A DNA stretch of 61,907 nt, filler included, from Trichosphaerium sp. ATCC 40318 (lineage: Eukaryota > Protista > Tubulinea), in assembly GCA_038496445.1 (NCBI GenBank). It is 4 parts of 4 records of this genome, joined end to end, with 100 filler letters (N's around TTAATTAATTAA, not from the genome) between each part and the next. Parts side by side here need not be neighbours in the genome. Positions count along the whole stretch, not along the records: positions 1 to 19,350 come from JALMLS010000125.1; positions 19,451 to 31,371 come from JALMLS010000456.1; 2 more parts are not named here. The stretch is one strand, 5' to 3'. The notes beneath the pieces were generated by a model. The model did no database searches, was not told where the DNA came from, and saw only the letters and a program-made list of their open reading frames with translations. The position numbers were made by a program, and so were the translations under genes. The stretch's first letter is position 1. Each line of letters opens with the position of its first letter. Positions 11,905 through 24,476 of this stretch are shown here, in pieces.

Positions 11905-13929
11905 TTAACAAGAGATTGATAGCGCCAAACTTATTGGTACAATATTTCCTTCAGCATCCTCAAAAGCCACTTGAACAGCTTCAGTATTTATATAATGTGA
12001 GTCACGTGAAGGGTATAAAGGGTAGGGTGTAGCACTCTTTAGATAAATACCATCTATAGACCATGATAGTTTAATAGATGTTCTACAAAACACCAAAGTT
12101 AACACAAGACGCACAAGAAGAAGACTAAAACCAAAAGAAAAAAAAAAAGGAGAAAAAAAAAACCCAAATCAAACTCACCGAAAAATCTCATTGATTCCAA
12201 ACCAAAACCGAAGTTCTGTCTCTTCATCTCTTAATGTGGGCATAACACTACTAGATGAAGTTGTTAGCAACAGGGTGATTTAATCATATTTGTTTTAATC
12301 ACGTGCCAATGAAGACCACCAAAATAGAATTCAAAACATTTCCTTTCTTTTACATCTTGTTTAGTAATTTCCTAAAAAAGATCATTTAGTTAGCAACCAC
12401 TGTACAAACATAATATAGATTATCTATTACTAGTTGTTTACGTACAAATGTTCGTGAAAATTTATCGGGAACTTTAACATTTTTCTGTTTATTTCTTCTA
12501 TGATTAAAGACGCTCTACGAAGATCATTAGAATACCGGCTCTCATTTTTTTCTCAGTGCAAAAACAAATGTTTGCAGACCAAACTACACGTACCTTTAAC
12601 GCTTGGGCTGATAAATCACAAAAAAATCTTGGCATCAAGCTACAATGTCATTAGTTCAAGGAATGTTGCTTTGGTAATTGACAAAGGTTCTAACGTTTTT
12701 TTGAATCTCTTCATACCGTTGACAAATCTTGGAACAAGGTAACTTTGGTGTTGGTATATATGTTTCGTCTTTTTCTTCAAGGTAAGGTACCCACCAGTAG
12801 GGAGCTTTTGAATCCAGTTGCCAGAGATACCTAAAGTTGTTATGAGTTTTTTTGAAAAAACGAAAAAACACAGGTGATAGATCGTAACGCTGTGTCTACT
12901 TACTGTGAAAAAGCTGGAGGTAAGTATTCTATAATTTTATCCATAAGATCTTGATCTCCTGAGATATCTAAAAAGGTGTTCATTCAACAACAAGAAAGAA
13001 AGGAACGCTTTTTGAAATGAAACATACGTGCTAATATAAAGCAATCAGCACTTGAAGTTACAAGTTCTCTTTCTGTCAGGTATGAGCACCATATCTGTCT
13101 ACATACTTCTTGTGGTAAACGTGATAAAGGTAAATCATCATCAAATAGAGCTTGAGTAATAAAGTTTGCTGTAGAATGAAACAACTTTAAAAACTTGAAA
13201 TAAAAAAAAGAGGAATCCAAGACCTCCACTTCACCCCAATCCAATATATGCCATGATAATACTGATAAGAAATTACGCTTTCTTTTTGTTCTACGTAACA
13301 TTTGATAAACCAACTGAGCTTGAAGTTTTTGCTCTAATACCTAAAAATCACGTGTTAAAAAAATGAGGTTTCTGAAAAAAACAATAAAAATAATCTGTTC
13401 GAAAAAAGAAGACTTAGAAGACCTCTTCCTACCTGACCAAGCTTTGATACGACGCTATGGAGTGTCTTAATGTCTGATGAAGATTCTCTTATATCAGATG
13501 CATCAACAACATGTTGTACAGCCTTTTCTCTATCAAGAGCTGACATTATTTCAAGAAAAATTACTGCAGCGTCCACTGACTCTTGCTCCATTAACTCATA
13601 ATGGAAATCGTTATCTAATGATTCTTTCATTCCATTTGTAAATGCTTTTTCAAAATACGCGCAACGAGCAAGAAGAAGCTTAGAAGAGCGTATAGAAGCT
13701 GCGGTTTCAGTTAATGGAAAGACGAAATAACTTGAGTGTTTTGCAGACCTTGTGGTGCTGATTTTTCTTCTACGATGATGTTTACGTCGCCCAACTCCAT
13801 CAAGTGACTGAATGACTCATTTCCAAGCAGTCTAAGCTTTCTTTTCGGAATCTTGATAGTAGACTCCTTTTCTGCATTCGCTTGCTCTTCACAGCGTGAC
13901 GCTGCATTTTCTACTGGTTTTGACGCCAT
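11905..13929 (-). CDS. BTB/POZ-domain protein (multi-exon)
   Basis: GDVNIIVE...KLLLARCAYFEKAFTNGMKES is a typical BTB motif; exon chain continues to a stop at 11905. Confidence 0.7.
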
Positions 13930-14151
13930 GCCTTGAATTCTACAAGCGTACTATATTATCTACACCCTGTATTAGCTTATGGGTTGTATATGCATATTAT
14001 TGTACAGTACAATAAATACCAATAACGTTGTTGAGTCTGTTTTGGCGTAATTTGTAGCAAGACGCCTCCAACAGAATAATCGACGTATGCCGCTTTGTAC
14101 CAAAAAACAATTGTTGGCGCTCAAAGAAGGTCAACTGACTTAAACGTCGCA

Positions 14152-17065
14152 ATGAGGTTAAAACGCCTTGCACAAGCTCTTGCCAAGAATGAAGGAACAG
14201 GTAATAAGCTAGCGAGCGCTAACAATTTTTGTAACTGTAATAGAGCATAAAAATCGCACTTTGCACGCGCCGCGAGGATATTGGGATGATGTAAACAATC
14301 AACGTGAGTATTTCGATAACCTGGCGATAAAACTTGGCGTAAGCGTATCAGAACTCCTTAAAAACATCACTTCAAAGGATTTAAGAAAGCTTGGCGGCAC
14401 AAGCATTTTGAAAAGGTGACACTTGCATAAAATAATTGTAGAATGACATTTACAAGGTATAATTCTGTGGGCAAAGCGGCCAGGGCCATTTACAACGAGA
14501 AAACTTGGAATCCAAACGAATTTCTGTGCGGGTACCATAGGTTAACACTACGCTGACACTTCACTTAGATGTGCCCCTATGGGTTACTGGGATGATTTGA
14601 ATAACCAAAAGAAACAGTTTGATGCTATTGGAATGGAACTAGATGTTATGGAACTAAGAGACTGGTACAGCATTTCTCCGTCCCAGATAAACAATTTGGG
14701 CGGTAAGTCTATACTCTCCAAGTACTTGTAATCATCCTACATCCGAATTCTTACTGCTACTCATCTAGATACAATAACTCTGTACCCAAAGCTTTGGGCA
14801 ATATTTACCCATCGTTTAGATGGCATAAGATACTGTTTGAGATGAGTAAAAACAAAAACAAAGGAATACCATACCTTCTAAAATCAACAATAAGACGTAA
14901 TCCTAATCGCCCAAATACAAGACCACAAAGAGAAAAAATTTCAATTATAAGCCAAGCCCTTGATATCAAGAGTTTATCAGAGTGGTATAACGTACCAATA
15001 GCAGAAGTTGTAAGATTGGGAGGCGCTTGGGTACTCAAAAAGTACGTCCAAATATACAAGACTTGATTTGCTTCGTTTTTATGTTTAACTCACTTAGACA
15101 TGACAATTCACTACCAATGACACTGAAAGAACTATACCCTGACTATCCTTGGATAGTTAACGCGTTCAGAAATGAAGCTGTGCATAAGGGACTATCACGG
15201 CTTCGTGGAAGGTTCGAAAGCGTTGGAGAAGCACTACAGATTAAGGAATTGAGCGAATGGTATTATATTACCAAAAATAAAATCATACAAAAAGGTGGAG
15301 CAATTCTCTTTAACAAGTAAGTAACGAATCAACTATATTACTTTCTAACTCATCCTCTAAGACCTTATTTCTTGAACCCTGAAGCTACATTAGCGGTACC
15401 ACAACCCAAGCAGTACGTAGTGTAGACAAGCGAGTTGTTACAGAAGCCTTAACTATTTTTTGTTTTAGAGTTAACGAGACCCTACACACAGCTTTATCCC
15501 TCTGCTATCCAGACTATGATTGGCAAGAGAAACTTTTCAGGTATTGATTATACATGCATAGCCAATAATCGTTGTTTAACTTTACCTGCAGAAGACTTCA
15601 GTTACCTATTGATCGTACAAAGTCATGGACAGTTAGATTTTTAAAACAAGCTGAAAAGAAATTGAACATCTCACATCCTACCTTCTGGTAAGCTTAACGT
15701 CTAAGCATAAGATATTTAACCCGATAATACTAGGTATCGTGTATCATGTGCGCAGCTATCACAAGTTGGTGGTTACAGTTTACTTAAAACCCTCCCAAAT
15801 GCATTAAAGTCAATTTATCCAACTTTTAACTGGGACAAGTCCTTGTTTCCTATGGTCAAGAAAAAATCTATACAAGGGTACCATACTATAGTTAATTTAT
15901 TTTTTGATTCAATACAAAATAAGGACGCCTTCCTGGCTGTACTTTATCTAGAAACCAACACCACTCATTTTTCTCGTTTTTTTCTTGTTTCAATTTGAGT
16001 TGATTTTTTGTTCTAATATTTATTGTAGAGTTTTATTGCATTGTATCAAAGAGTTATTTCCCGGAAGAACAGTGTTTGAAGAATACAGGACAGGCCTAAG
16101 GTATAAAAGCTCTGAAGAATGGATTGATTTGGACATTTTTGTTCCAAGTTTAAACCTTGCACTGGAGTATAACGGTGAGCATCACTATACCGATAATAGA
16201 AGATTATTTGGTCCTTCTATATTACAAGAGAAAAGAGACTTATGGAAACTCGAAAGATGTCGAGAAAATGGTACTACCAATCTGTTCTACAGTTATTTAC
16301 CACTATCACTTTTCTGCTACTCATGATGGCTAACTTACTGATAACTCCTAGGAATTACTATCATTCCAATACCTTATTGGTGGAAATACGATATGCAGTC
16401 CCTAGTAGCAACTATAAAGCACTACAGGTAGAATTTATCTCAATTTTAAAATTTTTGTTGGAAGCTAACTTTTCCAAGGCCTGATATTGTTATGCGTGTT
16501 CCAGATGAAAATTACCCACCTCTCCTATCTAGAGATAACAATTCACCGTTAAAGTGCGATTAAGTGGTTTCACTAGCATACTAAAGCGTACTAGGGACAA
16601 ATTTGCAATACCATTCTCTGTGCCCGTGATGTAACAACTAGTTCAAGCTTGCTCAGAGTTTTACACTTATAGATTGGCATGATGAAAGAAGTACTCGATA
16701 AGAGATGTGCACATGGGTAAGTTTCATGCCAAATCACCAAGAACCCTTGCCCATGCTTTGTTTGTGATAACTCATTGTTTAGAGGCAAGATGGAAGTCTG
16801 GTGATATACTTCAATAGACTTGGATAACGCACTAAGAGGTTTGGGTTGAATGGCAAAGACCTAGGTAAACATTTTCAAATTCTATTTTCGCTAATTCCCT
16901 ATCAATATAAGAGGATTTGATGTTAAATGGAGAAATACCGGTATTTCTTTGTTTACAGAATGTAAGGTGAACTTTGAAAATACCAAATTCAAGTATGATC
17001 CTTCAAAAGGCTACACAGCATGTAATAATGCGCCCGTAAAGGTTATGTCAAGCGGGAGTTGGTAA
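14152..17065 (+). CDS. Protein with five ~70-aa helical repeats (GYW..NQ / WY..GG..IL / YP...W) followed by a PD-(D/E)XK (DUF559/RAP/Vsr-like) nuclease domain; 3' end uncertain
   Basis: Spliced translation PRGYWDDVNNQREYFDNLA..., PMGYWDDLNNQKKQFD...DWYSI..GGKSILSK; nuclease segment IDLDIFVPSLNLALEYNGEHHY...RDLWKLERCRENGITIIPIPYWW. Confidence 0.8.
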
Positions 17066-17315
17066 GGAACTAATGAATATCCGCTGTTATTGGGAGCCTC
17101 TCCAAAATAAAAATATCAAACGTTGACTTTAATGACACAGATAGCATCTGCTTTTTACTTCAGTCTGGTCAAATTAAGTAACATCACGTAAGTGTTTGTA
17201 TCAGTATATTTTCTTTGCTTGGTGGTGACGAACTAGTCATATTAACGAGACAAGCTAAAAGAGGTACCTCAAAAAGCCTAAAAAAAAAGGGCTAACTTGT
17301 TAAATACTTGTTTAT

Positions 17316-19350
17316 TCACCAACTTGAAACTCGTTCAGGTCCTTTAGAGTACTCTCTAGATCAAAAGAATTAACAGGAAGATCCATCATGTCAGCCAACT
17401 TATCCAGAGGTGTCACTTTCCTAAACGAACAACATTAGCAAAAGTATAACTTTAGAAAAAGAAAGCCTACTTTTCATCATCTTGCTTAACAGGTTCAGGC
17501 TCTGACGTATCATCAGAAGAGGAAAAGTTTGATAGATCTCCAATATCTCCTAACCCACTAACCAAGTCTAGAAACTAATTACAAAGAGTATATTTAACAC
17601 AGCGAATATACCTGCTATTTCAATGATGCCTATATGAAGGTTTAGTTTTTTTATACACAAGATTTTATTTCCATACCTGATTCAGTTAATTCAAGCTCTG
17701 CACACGTATCCGCGTCAACAGTAAAAGAACTAGAACGGCCTCTTACAGTAAGTGAATTCGACCTACTTCGAGACACGCTCGAGCTTGTTGCGCCATAGTC
17801 TAGGAAAGTGCCTTTGATGATAAGCTCCTTGACAAACAATATTAGAATCATTCTGACACGTTTGAACAAGCTCATACTTTTATGTTAGACAAATTAGTTG
17901 CTAGCCACTCGTCAGGGCTCGACACAGGTACAACAAGTGAACCAGATTTACAAGCTTTAATGACAGCCTAATGCAGATTTGGTTTTAGTTGCGCTGTAAA
18001 TCTTATAAATCTAACATGCCTCTATCATAGTGCCTATGGGAGAATTACCGTATTCTTCTTCAGAACCTTTAAGGTTATAGTATAATTCAGTCGCTAGTTC
18101 CAAGTCTGGCTATTGGTCACAAAGAAATTAGGTGCCACTCGATGTATTGATAAATTCAGGAACAGAGCTTTCTTGGTTGCTGTGACGTACGATTTGTATA
18201 ATACATAAGATAGATTTAGAAAGGTGTATCCACTTGTTATCTTCTTCTTCTAATAAAGAAAAGGATGAATAAAAACAAGTTGTTAGATTGTTTATACCTT
18301 TAGCCAATATTTTAAATGCTTCGCTTCGTGCTATCCACGTATTTCTTACAATTGACGCATTAGCCATAGACGCTACTCTACCTCTTGGAGCCTTTATTTA
18401 GTATTAGTTAATTAAGGAAGTATGTACTGTGACATACTTCCGAGGCTACTTCTAAAGAAGTGTCAATACCAGTTGATACTACTTCTAGATTGTGGTAAAG
18501 CTTCTTCAGTGATCGCTTGACCCATTTATCTCTGACGTCATTGGAGCACTGTTTATTTAACGTATTAATTGCCTTTGCATCTAGAGACATACAAGCTTCA
18601 ATCAACGACTAATAACATTAAGAAAAACCTTTGAAGTGAAAGAAAAGATGAAAAAAACACAAGAACGGAAAACTACTTACTTTTGCGAACTTCTGCTGTA
18701 ACGACGACTCGAAACTTGATCCAACAGCTTTTGAAAACCGTTCGCAACATTCACCAGCACGTATAAAACAAGGTAACTTGAGTTCCTAAAAAGAATAAAA
18801 AGTCAGAACAAAAACGCAGTTTGAATGCACGTGCCAGTAATAGACATATTATTGCCTTCAAATAAAGAAGATTTGCCTTGAAACTAAACTTTTGTTCAAC
18901 TAATAATATATCGGTATTAGAAAGTAGTCACGTGATGATAACTAAAGAAGCAAGTAGAAAAAAAACCAAACTATGGTTTCTTAAATTATTCCTCTTTTAC
19001 GACTTACTTTGTTTAAGAGCTTGCTCTTCGAATACCTTTGCTGCCAATTTATACTTTTTCATCGTAGGCAGACAACAAAGATGTGATAAGTTCCTTAAAC
19101 ACTCTGAAGCTTCAAAATGACATCCAGCTTTTTTAAATAACTCCAAAGAAGCTTTAAACAATTCAATAGCTTCATCAGCTTCAAACCCAAGAAACATATT
19201 CGCTGCACAAAAATTGAACTTTGCAGCAAGTTTTGTGTTCCTCCCTACATCCTTAAATACCCGTAACCTTTTTAAAAAAACGCACTACGCTATTGTATAC
19301 TTACTATCAAGCCCAGCAGCCGCCTTACGGTATTGTTGAACATAACCTTT
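17316..19350 (-). CDS. 3' part of a multi-exon alpha-helical (TPR/SNAP-like) protein; 5' end lies in the gap
   Basis: Exons such as ADEAIELFKASLELFKKAGCHFEASECL and KKYKLAAKVFEEQ. Confidence 0.5.
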
Positions 19351-19450
19351 NNNNNNNNNNNNNNNNNNNNNNNNNNNNNNNNNNNNNNNNNNNNTTAATT
19401 AATTAANNNNNNNNNNNNNNNNNNNNNNNNNNNNNNNNNNNNNNNNNNNN
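19351..19450. other. Scaffold gap with artificial TTAATTAATTAA linker
   Basis: 100-nt N block with the same central all-frame-stop spacer as the other two gaps. Confidence 0.99.
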
Positions 19451-19986
19451 AGAACCATTTGATCCTAAGAAGGATGTACAACGGTTAAATCCTGATAAAG
19501 AGTTAAGAGAGGTAGGAACAAAATTTTGAAAATGATTTATACTGTTGGCTTACTAACTATTTTCTAGAAACTCGAATTACAATTAGAACTTGCTGAAAAG
19601 GAACGTGCGTTAATTCGTGCAGCAAAAAGGGCTGCAAGGAAACGAAAACGTGCTGCCAATGGCGAACTACCAAAGGAGAAACCAAGTACTGTTTTTTTCT
19701 ATTTTTGTTTGAACTTTTTAACTTATATCTCTTGTAGCCAAAAAAAGCCGTTGTGCTGACCGTGCAGAATTGGATACAACCAAGAGTCTTCGTGTGAAAA
19801 GTGTACGTGACAGTTAGCATCATGTGTTCAGTGTTCTGACACTTCTTTTAGGTTGTCAAAAAGGCTGAAAAGCAAACGGCTGAGTATAAGGATAGCGAGA
19901 CTTACCGTAACTTGTTTACTGATTCTATCAAGAATCCTATGAAAGAAACATTTTGCTGTCGCCATGTGCAGCATAGATTGTTCTAA
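19451..19986 (+). CDS. RTF2: Replication termination factor 2 homologue, 3' exons
   Basis: EPFDPKKDVQRLNPDKELRE-KLELQLE...KRAARKRK...SETYRNLFTDSIKNPMKETFCCR matches the RTF2 C-terminal pattern. Confidence 0.7.
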
Positions 19987-20538
19987 AATTGATGATTTCA
20001 TCCCGTTTGATACTGAAAATGTGTTTCTAAAAGAAAAGTGTAAAAAACTAATAAAAAAATGTAATAGTTTTTCTATGCCCAGTTATCCCTAACTTTTGTT
20101 TTAGTTTGAAGGTAAAAACCAACAGCACTGTTGGCTTGTTGCAAACGTTACTCAAACTAACAGAGAGTTAAGAGCACTTTCGATCAGAAAAGTGCTTCAT
20201 TGAATTCGGAAGTCTCCGAGATGCATTTAGTGAAAAGTATAAAATGTCCCAATTCTAGGTAAAATGTCCCCACTTTTCAATTTTTAAAATGCCTCGCAGA
20301 AGTGCCACAAAGGCTAAAAACATGGCAGAGGCCACAAAGGAAGTACTTTATAAACTAAAGAAGCGTAAACCTTCACAAACACTCTCAATTCGTCAAATTT
20401 GCATCACAGTGGCTAAAAAACACTGTGTTAAATCAGAATCGCTACGAAAGCGTGTTCAGAGGGCATTTGCAAAGGAGAATTCAGAGAATTTCAAATCTCA
20501 TGGCAACCAACTTTTTACGGATTTCGAAGAAGAAATGT

Positions 20539-20798
20539 GGACCCACGTTTTTTCCGAATTTTTCGAAAAAAAAAATTCGAAAAAATAGAATTCAATACAA
20601 AAACCAAATGCCTATACCCACCAATGGATCACTATATGTGAGCGAAGGTCGGGTTCTAGTTCCGAGCACAGCGAGGACCCGACTGTAAGTGAACCAGGCG
20701 CTTTGTAGTTTAGTGGACTGCCCTAGCTATGCATCTTTCTACGAATTCTATTTTTTCGAATTTTTGTTTTCGGAAAATTCGGAAAAAACTATGGCCCC
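20539..20798. mobile_element. 260-bp Mutator-type MITE inserted in the pogo transposase
   Basis: 9-bp TSD AAGAAATGT (20530-20538 / 20799-20807); long imperfect TIRs GG..GTTTTTTCCGAATTTT. Confidence 0.9.
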
Positions 20799-21789
20799 AA
20801 GAAATGTTGGTTGGCTACTGTTTGAGTTTTAGCGGGCGTCATATGCCTCTATCACGTGCAGCCTTGATATTTATGGCACAAAGTCTGTACAAGAAGAAGA
20901 AGTTGACCAGTATGGAAGCTTGGTGTGATGGCTTCACTGAAAGACACAATATTGAACTCAAAGCCACTGTTTCGAAGACAATTCGCCGCTGCCGTGTATC
21001 TCCTGTCACTCTGCCACGTGTAGAAGCTTGGTGTGATGGTTTTGAGCAATTCTCAGAGATGTATTATATGAACCCAGATTTGATGTTCAATTGTGACGAA
21101 AAGTTGATAACAGCATCAAGTGACAAGTATCAACACATTACCTTTCAAGATAGAACGATGAAAATTGCTGGGCGGCTGAACAATAACACAAGCAGCCCTC
21201 TCACGTTGATTCCGTTTGTTTCAGCCTCTGGACGCGTACTGGTGTCAATTTATATAATGGCAGCAAAAAACAAAGGTGATGAACAAAAAGTGCATCAAAT
21301 GACAGTACCCAGACCAACAAATACCCGCTCTTCATGGCCTAGATACTATATATTTCATGGTAAAGGGTATGTGACCAACGAAATTTGGCCAAAAATTCTT
21401 GATGTGTTCTTAAAGCACTTGAAAATTTTTCAAGGGGACAGGGTTGCATTTTTATTCCTTGATAGATTGGCCAGCCACATTAAAACAGAATCGTTACAAA
21501 AATGCCTTGAACAGCATGTACACACTATCACATGGGTGCCTCATACCTCACATTTCACGCAACCCTTAGATGACAAGCCATTTGCTACCCTAGCTCAGGC
21601 ATATAAATTAACCAGGAAAATTACAATTGAAAGTGGCACAGAGATCAAACATAAAACACGACGTTATGACATAATGGCTGTTGCAGCTGCAAAGACCAAA
21701 GCACTGTCTCCCAAAATCTTAAAATCGGCATGGAAGTCCGTGGGCATTGTACCCTTATACACCTTGTCCTAATAAGGGTAAATATTAGT

Positions 21790-22264
21790 GTTTTGTCACC
21801 AATACCCAAATCAATCTAAAGATGCGACAATGTTGTGATAACTAATAACCCAATTGTTCCTAATTTAGACATACATAGTCTTAATTTAGATATAAATTAG
21901 TTATTTGTCGCCAATACTCTAAATTCAATCAAATGTTATGATAAATAATCCACGCATGTAGATTGATTGTGCTTAATTTGGAAATAAATTAGTTATTTGT
22001 CACCAATACTCCTAGATTGATTTAGTCGCCCAATTTAGATAAAAATTAGTCATTTAGATACCCTACAATACCCAAATCAATCTTCAGATGCAACAATGTT
22101 TTGATAAATAATCCACACATGTAGATTGATTGTGCTTAATTTGGAAATAAATTAGCCATTTGTCACCAATACCCAAATCAATCTTCAGATGCAACAATGT
22201 TTTGATAAATAATCCACACATGTAGATTGATTGCGCTTAATTTGGAAATAAATTAGCCATTTGT
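21790..22264 (+). repeat. ~101-bp tandem repeats within an intron of the pogo transposase
   Basis: CAATACCCAAATCAATCTTCAGATGCAACAATG recurs at 22066 and 22167, with degenerate copies near 21800 and 21912. Confidence 0.85.
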
Positions 22265-24476
22265 ATACCCTACAACAGAAAGTTGATCTTAAATCATGCT
22301 TCAAAAAATGTAGGGGTCCAACCTAAACAATCACCTTCCTTCATCACCGATACTGCTAGAAAAGCCAAAAACACTATGGATGAGCTATACAGCCACAGCA
22401 ATCAAGTAAATGCCCTAACAATCGGTCCAATGACAGTACCAAAAGGGAATGCTTATATTGCTACCCAAATGGTTGAATTAGCAAAAAAAAAAAAGATAGA
22501 TAAAGAACAAGAAATTAAACACAAGGCAGAGCTAAGGCAACTCAAGATAGATGCTAAACAAAAAAAAATTGAGGAGGAGAATGTTCGTAGAGAGGAGACA
22601 AGACAGAAAAAAGAAAAAAAAAAACAGGAAAAAAAACTTGCCACTGCTAAGAAGAAGTACAAAAATGAATGTGAGACCCTGTCAGATATGTGGCGAGCGC
22701 ATATGGAGGGGAGGATCTACGTGGGTGTGGTGTGAAGTCTGTGATCAGTATGGGTCATGCCCATGCTGCTTAAAAGAATTTGATGGAAAAAAAATGGTTG
22801 AAATGCACGAAGAAGAATGTACAGGAGGGCGATCTTTTGGTAACTGGTACTCAACGCAAATGGACACATCATGTTAAAATCAGAATAAAAAAGTATTTTT
22901 TTTAAGAGCGTAGCATCAATTTTTTGTTCAAAAAAAGTGTTGAAAAGTGGGGACATTTTATACTTTTCACTAATTAAACGCATTTGTGTCAAAGAACTGG
23001 GTTTATGGAATGGATGCTAATGTCTCTCTTAAACGATATGCAATGTAGTTATACCACTGAAAATGCAGTTAATATTAGTGTAGAGCAAAGCAAGCGAAGT
23101 TGAAGCGTGTACAAGAACGAGAAGCCCTAAATAGGCGACTGAGATTCGAAAAACTAAAGACAATGCAAAGAGTGAAAAAGTTTGTTCTGTGGTGGTTTGC
23201 CGGCCATTCATTATTTTATGTATTATCTATAATTCAGATATTCTTGTTCATTTTTTGTGGAAATGATGGATGCTAAGAAACAAAGTGTACGAAGAAAGAA
23301 ACAACGGAAATTGACCCAAGTTATATTACTTTTTTTTTTTCATTATACTCAATTTTCAGCACACAGGGCGGATGGTATCCTCTTCAATACCCAATATTAT
23401 CGCTATGAGTACAATCAGTTCTCGAGAGGATGCAATCATAGTTTTATAGATCTACAGATTCATAGCCATGATAAAATGTGCTGCAAATTGAGATTGCAAG
23501 GAAAAAGGATGTGTCGGTACTTTAATTTTACACTTGTGCTTCACCACGAGTCATAGCGTGTCTGTACCTAAAACAACAAATTTCGTATTGCTTTCAATAC
23601 ATGGTATTCAAATAATGGCTTATTACACCAACCATGAATCAGTGCTCCAGTTAAACTTATATTCTTTAGTTGCAAGTATTCAGACGTGTGCAAGATCTGT
23701 CATGTTTACAATTCTTTGTTTCTTGTTGCTTTGAAAACTTGAATGATACGAACAATAGAAACATGTCGTCTACAAAGGTCTTTATACTAAGTTCCTAGCA
23801 CTATCACATGATCAAAAACGGTCCAAAAACGTGTCCAATAAATAACTACTCCTAACAGCCCATTCAGGCAGAGATAGAGTTAGCGATGTTCCAAACGGAT
23901 AGATTGCAAAATTCGTATTTGAACCAAATTTTCTTGGTTTATTCGAATATATTCTTCTCGCTTTTTTTGTGGTGAGAAAACAGCACAAATTACATCCTTA
24001 TTGCTGTCCTGAACCCATTTTTTTACATCTGAACACGTCTGAGACTTTTTTTTAATAGAGCAAGTGAATAGATAAAACTACAAAATTGTGTTAAAATATG
24101 TTTTACCTCAAGTGATGGCTATTTCTACGCGTGAAAAGTTCTAAAAAGTGGTTTTGAGACAGCAAAAAAATAGATCACTTGGCGGGCTCAAGATTGGCTC
24201 GAATTGTCAAAAAAACGTCACCACTGGCACAATTTCACAACAAAAGTGTCGGTTAGGCTTACTGTGACTTAGTTTTACCGCTAAAATGTAAATATCTTAA
24301 ACTCACTCAATATAGGGCTTTCAACCACTCTATGTATAGAACTATGCATTTTAAAATATATGAGAGTGGTTTGGATGAAAAAAAAGCACTTGGTGATTAG
24401 CAAAAAAGCCAACAACTTTCAGTTTCCAGTCGCTCTTCTCTGAAAACAATTTTGAAATTATTAGCGACAGACATCA

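Larger units (their letters stand above)
20289..22877 (+). pseudogene. DDE_1 pogo-type transposase with N-terminal HTH and C-terminal PHD-like finger; interrupted by a MITE, an expanded intron and a poly-A frameshift
   Basis: MFNCDE, FLFLDRLASH, PHTSHFTQPLD motifs; CQIC..WVWCEVCDQYGSCPCC; removing the MITE restores DFEEEM-LVGYC in frame. Confidence 0.9.
20230..22970 (+). mobile_element. pogo-like (Tc1/mariner superfamily) DNA transposon, inactivated
   Basis: TIRs GTGAAAAGTATAAAATGTCCC / GGGACATTTTATACTTTTCAC flanked by TA; internal duplicate of the TIR motif at the left end. Confidence 0.92.

Noticed and set aside
19395-19406. TTAATTAATTAA palindrome recurring three times
   Set aside because: Always centred in 100-N gaps; an assembly linker
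20225-20229. 3-bp ATT TSD with TAG termini (Academ-like) for the 20.2-23.0 kb element
   Set aside because: The transposase is pogo/DDE_1 type, for which a TA duplication is expected
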